This document shows, one piece after another, positions 1 to 11,000 of a DNA stretch of 64,000 nucleotides. The stretch's first letter is position 1, and each line of letters begins with the position of its first letter. The notes under the pieces are model-generated. The model was given only the letters and a program-made list of their open reading frames with translations, had not been told where the DNA came from and searched no databases. The stretch is from Callorhinchus milii (taxonomy: Eukaryota): assembly GCF_018977255.1 (NCBI RefSeq), contig NW_024704743.1:45138001-45202000 (forward strand), given 5' to 3'. A program made the translations under genes and the position numbers.

Positions 1-126
1 TTGAGGAGTTTTTTGTTAGATGTTTATGTTAAAACAAATATGAATCTATAATAATAATCAACAACAAAAACTTGCATTTATATAGCGCCCTTCACGCGGG
101 GTAGTGTCCCGGAGCACTTGCATTAA

Positions 127-420
<294 letters not shown>

Positions 421-3107
421 TAAATTCCTATTTCCCACCTTAATGTGGACTGCTTCACATCAAGTTCTGATATTTATAGGTATGCAAAAGGAACATCAGA
501 GAGCTGAATTTCTAACTAGTCTAAGCCTGTATGACAATTTTGTGAAATATTAAACATTAAGATAGAATGATCATACGGAATAAAACTATGTGGGATTTCA
601 GGGCTTTGAAGAGGAAATAGTAAGTTATCTTCTCCCGAACTTGCATTATCTATGAGGGGAATGTTTCCTTCTTGTTGGATCTCATGTCTGGTCCGATTGC
701 TCCATATTTATTCCCCACAATTTATGATAATAATCCTTACATTTGATATAGTGCCTTATGTCATTGAGACATCTCAAAGTGCTTCACAGAATTTTACTGA
801 GAAGCGTAGTGATTGTGTATTTATAGGCGAACACAGCAGCCAACTTGTGCATGTAAGTGTCCCACAAACAGCCATGAAGTGGACATTGCTGTTCACAAAT
901 TGGCTGCTGCCTTCAGGTGCAAACCCTTGACTGTTGCGCTATGGGGTGTCCTTCTGATGTGAAAGGCGCTATATAAATGTAATTTGTTATTGTTGAAATG
1001 AGAAGAGAGAAATTCCCTTCTCTTTTCAAATAATGCTGTAGGATCTTTAAACAAACACCTGAAGAGGCAAATGGGGTACCTCAGTTTAACATCTCCTCTG
1101 AAGGATAGCACCTGGCAAACAAAGCAATACAAATTACAATACAAAATTACATTTATATAGAGCCTTTCACATCAGGATGCAGCACTGCCCCAGCACTTCA
1201 TTGGAGAGGCAGCCTAAACTGTGAGTTCAAGTCCCGATGTGGGACTTGAAGCTGCAAAATTCTGAAGTGGAGAGTGCTACCAGTAAGCCAGGCTGACACC
1301 TTTGAGACTGTCTTTTATCCTTTGCTGAAAAACATCTGCAGTGACTCCAAATGTTCATCGCAAGCATCTGAGATTATCTGGACTGGCTGAACCTTGGGCC
1401 TCAACAATAATAATAATAATAAACCTTGCATTTGATATAGCGTCTTATCACATCATCTAGACGTCTCAAAGAACTTCACAGAATATACCCAAAGTGAATT
1501 GATTGTATATTTTGTGGGCGAAACTGGATTAGAATGTCACTCAATCTACATACAGGACAGCCCCATTGTAACATGATCATTTGAGTCCAATCTCTCAGGC
1601 TCCATGTTGCTTTAAAATGTAGAAAATACCCAATGTCCAGATCATCAAGTCACCACTGACATCACATCCTGCACATGCACGCCTTTGGACTTCCAATTCC
1701 AGACACCATGGACAAGCAACAACCATGGCTTGTATAGCCAGATCAATCCCTGGGAGACACTACTTAATTACCTCAAAGGAGAACATATTCTCCCACATAG
1801 CAATAAATAACTCCTATCACCACCAGGGAAAATCACAAATTCTTGGATCAAGATATTTGTAAGAAGCATTCTGAGTAGCAATACCCAGGAGTTGGTACAA
1901 TAGATTTGACCATGAAAAGGTGAAGGGTTTGAACTCACTAGGAATCGAACCCAGAAATTTCAGATCCCAGATTACCAGCCTGAGCTACCAATACAAATAT
2001 CTTGATCCGAGATGTTGTGATTTTCCCTGGTGGTGATTTGAGTTATTTATTGGTATGTGGAAAATAATTAATGAAGAAGGAATGCAGATGTATGCTTCCT
2101 TGGGGGAATTTTATTTGAACATATACGTTAGGTTTAATGAATGGGTTAATCTATTCACTCAGCCTAGATCTACAATTAAGTTTCAATGCATCTCCCTAGG
2201 ATAGTGCAGATAAATTTAAATTTGATCCTCTATCTTATTTCTATGCACTCAAAATGTCACATATCCATGAATGTAGTGTGGATGGAATCCACAAAGAGCA
2301 GATACAGTTTAATAGACGTTTTTTTNCCACTCTCCTTACAGCCTTGCTTGGTGCCAGAAACTGGGCTGGAATAGATTTCCTTCTGCAACCTTAACTCCTT
2401 TGGTGCTGTCACTCTTCTGCTGCCTCCAATTTCAGTGCTTCTTCCCCTTGTTTTAAATCCACCATTACATCCCTCATGAGCTCTAAAGCTTGATGGTTTA
2501 TTGCAGACCGGTTCAATTATCAAAAGTGTAGTTGTGGTGAATGTTGACATTGTCTGTTACTTTATCATGTAACAGTGTATTGTGTGGATGGTGTGGCAGG
2601 TTGGCACTTTACCTCTGGTCAGAAGGTTTTGCATTCAAGCTCACATTATGGACTTTGATCTCAGTTAGGTTGACAGTGTAGAATTCGGTTAGCCTTCCTT
2701 CAGATGAGACATTAAAACAGAGTTCTGTCTGCCTGTACAGGCGAACATTGAAAAACCATGGCACAATTCACAAAGACAGTTTCTGCTTTTCTGCCCAATC
2801 CTGGTCAACAATCCTTCAGACAATCGATTATTCACTTCATGGTGCTTTTTGGATCAAGCTGTGTGCAAATTGGTTGCAGCATTTGCCAAGAAATACAAAG
2901 TCATTGCACTTAACAATAGCTACTGCAAAGGATTTTTATGTTGTAGGTGCTATATCAAATACAGGGATCGTTTATTGTTTGGTTTATGATGGGTTTAAGG
3001 CAAATCTGGATTCCAGCTGCTGAAACCACCTTCAGAAGGCAGTTTCAGGCAAACATTGATTTGTATCCCAGGTGGGTGTAAATCAGAAGCCAACCAAGAT
3101 CGTTGTA

Positions 3108-3333
3108 ACAAAACACAAAATACTGCAGATGCTGGAAATCTGAAACTAAAGCAGAAGTCGCTGGGAACACTCAGCAGGTCAGGCAGCATCTATAGAAAAA
3201 GGAAAGTGAGTCAACGTTTCGTGACCCAAAACTTTCCGACGAAGGGTCATGGACCCAAAATGTTGACTCATTTTCCTTTCTCCATAGATGCTGCCTGAAC
3301 TGTTGAGTATTCCCGGAGACTTCTGTCTTTGTT
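3108..3333. mobile_element. Palindromic Penelope-type remnant
   Basis: ~70-bp inverted arms (~3148-3221 and ~3256-3332) around a GGGTC-ATG-GACCC stem. Confidence 0.65.
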
Positions 3334-4299
3334 CAAGCTCGTTGTAATGTTATTAAAGGAGAGATTGCACAGCTAACTTAAAAAACGTAAGAAAATAAAT
3401 AACACCTGCTATCACACACATCTTGCGTCAGGCTGGCTCAGTTGGTAGCTTTTGCACCTCAGAGTCGGAAGGTTGTGGGTTTTAGTTCCGTGTCCTGAAC
3501 TCATTTTGTCTAGTGTGGCTAACACTTCAGGGCAGTGCTAGGGACGTACTGCACTAAAACAGATCATTGATCTTGTGATTTCTCTCCCCCCCACCCTCTC
3601 CCCCACCCCCACACACTACCTTTTCCCTCTTATATTATCCATCAACTCGGATTGCTGGAAGATGAAATATTAATCAATAGAAGTGGGAGCATGTCTGTGT
3701 GATGTTGATGTGCCTGCATTTAAATATTTAAATGATAATAATCCTTGCATTCGATAAAGCACTTTTCATGTCTTCGAGACATCTCAAAGCGCTTCACAGA
3801 ATACACTTTAAGTGAATTTACTGTATATTTGTGGGTGAAACGCGACAGCCAATTGCTAAATGAGCCAATAGAAATAATCCAAAACAGTAAAAAGAGAGGC
3901 TGTTCAAGTCTCAGTATAAATGTGATGAAGAGGTTGAACTGAATTCTGAAAGGTTAAACTAATGACCCAAGTTCAAATCACAGTCTTCGCTGACATTCAA
4001 TTAAACCTCTCCAGTAAATGAGATTCCAGGATCTCCTGCTGGTCACCCACAGAACAGCACTGAAAACATCCATTTAGATATTAGTGGTGAACTGTTCCAC
4101 TCTTCTGACTAAGGAGAGTGCGGATCAGTGGACTGACTAACTTGTGGAGAAAGAAAACACAGAGATTATTTTTAAGAAACAAAATAAAAGTTGCTCTTCC
4201 TCGCCTCCAGCCCTCCCAAACTGCACTGAATTGTGCTGTGATACTGCCACCTGCTGGCAGATATCTTTATATGCAAATATTAAAATGAGATAGTTTATA

Positions 4300-4718
4300 A
4301 AAATAATCCTTGAATTTGGTATAGCACCTTTCATGTCAGGAGGACGTCTCAAAGCGCTTCACAGGATTTACTGTGTATTTGTAGGTAAACGTGGCAGCCT
4401 AATTGTGCACAGCAATGTCACACAAACAGCCATGAAACAAATTACCAATTTTATTTGGGGGATTGTTGGCTAAGACATTGGGAGAAACTCCCTTCTCATT
4501 TTTAAGTGGATCTTTAATGTCTGCTTGAACAGGCACAGACAGGACCTCCGTTTAATATCCCATTCAAATGATAGTACCTCGAACATTGCAACACATCCCC
4601 AGAGTGCAATGGAGTGTCAGCCCAGACAATGTGAGTTCAAGTCCCGTTGTGGGGCTTGAACCCTCAACCTTCCGACTCAGAGGCGAATAGAGTGCTACCA
4701 ACAGAGCCAGGCTAACAC
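4300..4718 (-). mobile_element. SINE family A (SacSINE1/DeuSINE-like); other copies at ~990-1300, 2590-2975, 11370-11760, 35940-36343 and 52140-52570
   Basis: Head TG.AGCCTGGCTC.GTTGGTAGCACTCT..CTCTGAGTC.GAAGGTTG with the same 3' half as family B. The family name is from recall. Confidence 0.75.
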
Positions 4719-5793
4719 ATAACTTGCATAGTTCTAGATAAACATGGGAGCTTTATAGTTTATCTGTAATTTCTGATGGTGTGCACTTCAATTGCTCAAC
4801 TGAAGAGTTATTTACAAAATAGAATCCTTTAAATGTAGGTCAAAAATATAGAGGGGACTGAAATTCAATAGTCAGAGTTACTTGTAAAAAGATTCAGTGC
4901 AGACTACTGCAAGTATTCATAACTGTGTCGACCCCCTGTCTGTCCCCCTCCCCCCACAACAGTGAAATTAACAAGGTTACCTTGTTTTTTTTCTTCATGT
5001 GATTTTAGTTGTAGATATAAAAAGTACATAGTTTGAATTCCAAGTCTCGTGACTTGAGAGAGTGGATTATGTGACCAGACTGACAAGAGGCAAAGAGGCT
5101 GCTTCATAAGAGAGGTTCAATTGAAGCAATGCCCACAGCCTTGGCCTTGGTATTTGCTCTTCCCATTACCTCATGACTTCTGAAGTTTTAGTGTGAAAAG
5201 TCTTAGCTAATAAATAGGAAGGAAAAGGAGCAAAGGCAGGAAACCTGGGAAGAAAAAGAAGACAACACATAACATTCCTCTGACTCTCTCTACACGAGGG
5301 GTGAGATGCTTCCTCCCACAGTTAGAAATTCCTCTAACCTAGAGGCTGGAAGACATCCAAATAATCTAATCTTCATCCATTCGCCTCATGACTTCATATT
5401 AAATACTGTAAAGCACTTTGGCGTGATAAGGGGCTATAAAAATGCAAATTCTTCTTTTATAAGCCACATACAAATAAGACAAATCTGCTGAAAGAGTGGG
5501 GGAAAGGGTGTGCAGTTGCCTGGCAGTATTCCATTACAAGGCTATATTTAGGACAGGACACCAAGCTATAGATATGATCTTCATACCCCCACTCTCCAGG
5601 GCATAAGCTGCCAGTGGTGGTGAAATCTACATCCTCTGAAACGGCATGGATGGGAGAAAATCCCTCTCACTCTCCGAGAGGTGAAATGGTAAATTACATA
5701 CTTGCATTTATATAGTGTCCTTCACACAGGGTAGCGTGCTTAACTGCATCTTTCTTACATCTTGAAGTTACGTTAAAATGATTTTTTTTGTAG

Positions 5794-5952
5794 ACCGCCA
5801 GGATTTGGAGGACGCAGGGAAAGTGGACAAATTGCAGGAACCACTTCTGGAGGCTTTAAAAATTTATATCAGAAAGCGAAGACCCAACAAGCCCCACATG
5901 TTCCCAAAGATATTAATGAAGATTACAGACCTGCGGAGCATCAGTGCGAAAG
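5794..5952 (+). CDS. RARB: RARB penultimate coding exon, DRQDLE...[10 protein letters not shown]
   Basis: tag| acceptor and G|gtacc donor, 159 nt, phase 1-1. [21 protein letters not shown] and FPKILMK are RARB-type. Confidence 0.96.
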
Positions 5953-6540
5953 GTACCCACTGGCCTGGCTGTGTCATTTATGTATTTTTTAAAAAATGTT
6001 TTCCTCCTACCTGTCGATTTCTTTGAGATAACGGTAAAACCTTTTATGAAAACACCTTGGGTATTAAGGATGGGAATCTGTGTTGAGATTGGAGATTGCA
6101 ACAGAGAATATGTCTACATGTCAATCCCATTACATATCACAGGGTTTGGTTAGGCTAATTCATCTTACAGTTACCTAATTATGTAACCTAAATAATATAG
6201 TGATGGTTCCTGAGAATATGCAGGGAAATGGAATTAAACTAATAAACTGGTGGAATGGACTCAGTGCGTTGGATGCTCTCCTCCTACTCCAATGAAAACA
6301 TCTTTGAATTGATTTTGGATTTGACTTTTCCAAGGATTGTTATTATTATTGAGCTGTTTAATGATCATGGCTTTCATATCCTGTTCCTGCACAGTGTGAG
6401 GGAACAGCCTATTAAAGCACGAGCCATTCAGAGTAACTGCTAGTGACAAGCAATGTATAAGGGATAAAGATAAAATAATGTTGAATCAAATCGTAACCAG
6501 TAGGATATCTCTCTCTCTCCATCTCCGTCTCCACATTCAG

Positions 6541-6770
6541 GTGCAGAACGTGTCATTACACTCAAGTTGGAGATCCCGGGATCAATGCCTCCCCTCATCC
6601 AAGAAATGCTGGAAAACTCAGAAGGACACGACCCCCTTGCACCAACAGCAAATACAAGCACAGAAACAAAGGGAGCCAGCAGTCGAGGACCAGAAGCAAG
6701 TCCCAGCCCCAGTCACTCCCCCAGCTCTGCAGCCAATGGACCAGTCAGCCAGCAACCAAATGCACAGTGA
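6541..6770 (+). CDS. RARB: RARB last coding exon: helix 11/12 (AF-2) and F domain, TGA stop at 6768-6770
   Basis: Pyrimidine tract plus cag| acceptor. Reads [33 protein letters not shown]...NAQ*. Confidence 0.96.
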
Positions 6771-8085
6771 GGAATGACGCTGCAGCAATCACAAACATTC
6801 CCAAATTGTCATTTTCCTTTCCAGCCCTTCCCCTCATTTATGTTACAAAACACTAAGACCTAAAGGACCAAGATGATAGATGTATATTCAACGTAAACGG
6901 GGCTGAAACTCTTTGACCCTAACGGGCTTTTACAATTTTTGGGAGGCCAAGCCATCAAGTGTGTTATCAGATGCAGCCCTCCTGGATTGTACGCAGTCTG
7001 CTTAAAGATCAATGCCTGGTAGCGCCCATGATTGCATGCTGGAAAGAAGCTGTGGGACATGGCGTGGAGCTGTGATTATTAATTTAGTTTGTGGAGTTAC
7101 TCCTTGGTGTATTCTGAATTTCTCTATGTTGGAGTTTCTGGTGCTTTTCATTGCCTTGCAAACCATGTCTAAGTACATACACCACATTATGGAACAGAGC
7201 CTAATTGCATAGGTCATGGTTGTAGAATGCTCTGGTTTAGATAAGATGGAACATTTGTTATTATTCTTACTGTTCACTGTTGTATTTTTCTGATTTTCTT
7301 ATTAAGAAACAAAAAAAACACAAAAAAATTGGAATGTTATCATCCGTGCACCAGCATTTAGTTCTGTTAAATAAACAGGGATTCATTTCCACCTCCTTTT
7401 ACAATAAAATAAATACAGTTTGATATTTTAATACCTTTCTTCCTAGCACTTTGTGCTGGTGCTGCGTTCATTTCACATTGGCGCAGTTAGCTTACACTAC
7501 CATGTCGTTTGTATGAGTGTTTACAGTTCACAAGCACTTAAATTACAATTTTAAAAACAATTTCCAGAGTACAGTGAGTAAGTAGGAAGCTAATATTTTT
7601 GTGGTAGGATTTGCCCATTGCCTGTTGGTTTTGTACTAGCATACAAGGCTAGTAAAAAATGTTTTTTTTTTAATCCAGCTGTGCAAGTCCATTTCATGTT
7701 AAGCAACATATCAAGCAGTAAAGTGCTGTAATGATAGCCTCCAAGGCACAACACTTCTCAGTGTTATTTTGTTGTTTTGTTTGCTTGTACATGAGCCAGT
7801 AAGTCAGTTTCATCTGGTGGCCGACACACATATCTCTCTGCAGAAGCATGTATCTTGTAGATTTCTTGTTCTTGGGTACAGTGATTGAGGTTATTGGATC
7901 ATTCTTGTAGTGTCTGCAGCACTAGTGGAATGTTGTTTTCTAGCAGTAGCTCTGCTCTGTACTCTTACTGGCTCTATTTGTACATTGAGATTGTTTAACA
8001 ATGCTTTCTATGTTCATATACTGGTTACCTTTTCCATCAAGTTACCTGGCAAAAGAATAAAGTATATTTATTTTAAAAAAAATGT
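6771..8085 (+). other. RARB: RARB 3'UTR (3' end approximate)
   Basis: Follows the stop, is AT-rich with no recognisable transposon, and has AATAAA at 7370, 7403/7408 and 8056. Confidence 0.7.
8056..8061 (+). terminator. Probable distal polyadenylation signal of RARB
   Basis: AATAAA ending a block (TTGTACATTGAGATTGTTTAACAATGCTTTCTATGTTCATATAC) that I recall resembling the mammalian RARB 3' end. Confidence 0.65.
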
Positions 8086-11000
8086 GCACTGGAGTCACTT
8101 ATTCCTGTGCCGTCAGTGTTTGTGCCAGTACATTTCACAATCAACCTTAAGAGATTGGACTGGTTGATAGCGCGGAACCAGATTTACACACACTAGGTGA
8201 TTCTAGTTAGCCACATATTTGATGAAGAAATGTGTTTCGACAAGTTGGTGCGATATACAGGGGTTTCCCTGCAGAGAATGTAGGTCACGTCACCAGTGTA
8301 TCACCAGTAATGTTACCGCTTTTAGAGAGTACATTAGTTTTTTAATTCCCCACCATAGGTCGTTGTCTCGGTCAGTTGTGTGGCAGGGCCAGCCTCCACA
8401 ATGTCAGACATTGGCTCCAGTCAGTCGCCTGTAAGTACAGTGAAATAAATACTAGTTTCATTTACAGTCAAATCTTATCAAAAGTATAATTTTGAAAAGT
8501 GACAGAGAACACAGTTGCTGTACACTGCATAATTCAACTTTCAGAACATCTCCCCAAAAGATTTCAAACTCACAGTTCTTTACAATTAAAATTCTTTGGT
8601 TAGTTTCTTTCATTTGGGATATTTCTGCTTCCTCTTCCTATAGGATAGGACAGTCACCAGAATTGTTGTGGTCCAGCGCCTCTGCAAATGAAAACAATTC
8701 ACCACTTGTTTTAGTCATAAATTCACCAAAATGTGGGCTCTGTTCCATTATATAATCCACAAAATAGTTAATTGACACATAAAAATACACACTGTCACAC
8801 CACTTTACAGTATGTCTTGTGAAGTGCTTTGAGGTGTCTCAATGACATGATGAAGCACATGGATTATTAGTATTATTATTGTCAGCCTAGTTACTCAGGA
8901 TACCAAAGGACATTTTCCTTTCAACTGATTAAATTTGAATATAAGTTCATACATGACTTGAGAGACAAACTATACAATGTTCATATACAAGTAACCAGTC
9001 ACTATAGCTTTTGCAGCAAATCCTGTTAAAAGATATAAGACTTCCCACATGAAAGCACTATACAAAATGCAAATGTTATGTTTATTTCACATCAAATACA
9101 GGGATATTTCTTCTGAAGGAAGAAACTATTAATACATTTCAACAAACACATTCCAACAATTATTTTTGGGTGGGGGGCTCATCTGAGTGTCTTGACACAT
9201 GCACAAACCCACCACAAGGCAGAGAGTCTCCAAGCTAAACTACCAAGAGTTCCCCATGTGTATGGGTTTCTATTTGTCTGGTACGGAGGGTGCTCTCACG
9301 CTCAACTGGAGGGGGCATTCTCACTCCGGCAGAAAACTATTCTTTGGGATATTGATGAAGTTTATGCAGTTTCCCATTGCAAACACTGACAAACTTCTCC
9401 CTGACTGTCCAGGTAGGACCACATTAGGACTTTGGCTTGTAGAGTTCACAGGAGTGAGGTAAGAAGAAACCCTGACCTCAGTGACTGGTCTGTCGCTCCA
9501 AGTCTTGCAAACAAACCGGGTTGGCGGGCCCGTCATCTTGGCGTACTGCTGAACCACCAGCCTCAGGAATCAGACTACCGAGACGACCATCAAGTATTGA
9601 TTAAATTCTGAAATGCTATTGCGTGCCATGTCAGCTTGTATTTGCATTCTAACTTCATGATCACACTTATTGTACAATGGGTTAAAAAAGATTCCTTTGC
9701 AGCTATAGACCCAAAGTCCAGTATTTTCAGTGTAATTGTTTTATTACCTTTTGTTTTAGGCAGACTTGTGTGTGTGTCTTTCGACCTGTATTGTAACAGT
9801 ATTAGTTTACTCCATCTTGCGCTGCTTGTGAAAAATTCACATACCAAGTAACATCCCCAATGAAGGCCAACCTCACTTCCTGTTTGGAGCTCCTAGCTCC
9901 AATGTGGACAAGGCTACAACATATCCTTTACAGTAAATCCTATGAAGCACTTTGAGAATGTCCTCCTGATGCTGTAACAAATGTAAGGATTATATCAAAT
10001 GTAAGAATTATTGTTACTATTAAATGGAAAGTTGGCATGCAGTGTTCTCATGTAATTAAAGCTTTGTGTCTTACAAACCCTGAGAAATGGTCAACTGGGT
10101 GAACATTGACCGTCTCTCAATAAATTGATCAAATTGTAGATAAGTAGCGTTTTTCACTCACCCGATTTCCAACCTCGCTGTTATTATTAGTTGGAAGCAC
10201 TATAAAAGGAGGTGAATATACTTGGATATGAGTCAAGTGTTTCAATAGATGATTTAGATGTAAGCAGGCTATATGAGTTACGCTATAAGCACAGAACTGG
10301 AGGACATGGCTGTCATCCTTAAATGTACAAATGAAAGAAAAGGCAAATGGTCCTCAAGTCAAAACTGAACTGAAAAAGAATGAAATGGCATGTGAGATTG
10401 AAAGTTTTTTCATTTTTCTGGAAGAAACAAGATGACTTGTTCAGCTTCTAAAAGTGGAAAACCCCATGGTGCCAAATTGCCTGAGCAATCATTTGTCAAG
10501 CTTGACCTAATACTATCTACAATCGCTTTCAAGTGTTTTTTTTTCTTTCGACTTCTGATACAAGGTCATATATAAAATTCATATTTTAATATATGAAAAT
10601 TTGAACGCATTGGAGTCCTGTAGCTCAGTCTCACACCGCAGGCCGCCAAAACCCTCGTACATGCTTTCATTACATCGAGGCTCAACTATGCAAACTCCAC
10701 CATCCCCGACCCTGAGCTCGAGTCCATAACTCTGTCTGTCCAGAGCCTTGGGACGTCCTCCTGACATGAAAGGTGCAATACAAATGTAATTTTGTTGTTG
10801 TTGAATCGTATTTCTGCTCAGTGTTAAGCTTTTAAAATTTCAAATTTGATTCTAACAGCATTAGTATCAAACCTACTTCAATCTTCTGTTTCTTCAGTGT
10901 GTGCTGTACATAAAAGACTACAGTACTAAGAGTACTATACTTCTGAAAGAAATGACTTAGCACAATTGTGGTAATCTGTGATGAATGCTTTTTAAAATAT

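Noticed and set aside
2326..2326. Ambiguous base n (also at 51853)
   Set aside because: Assembly uncertainty at homopolymer ends, not biology.
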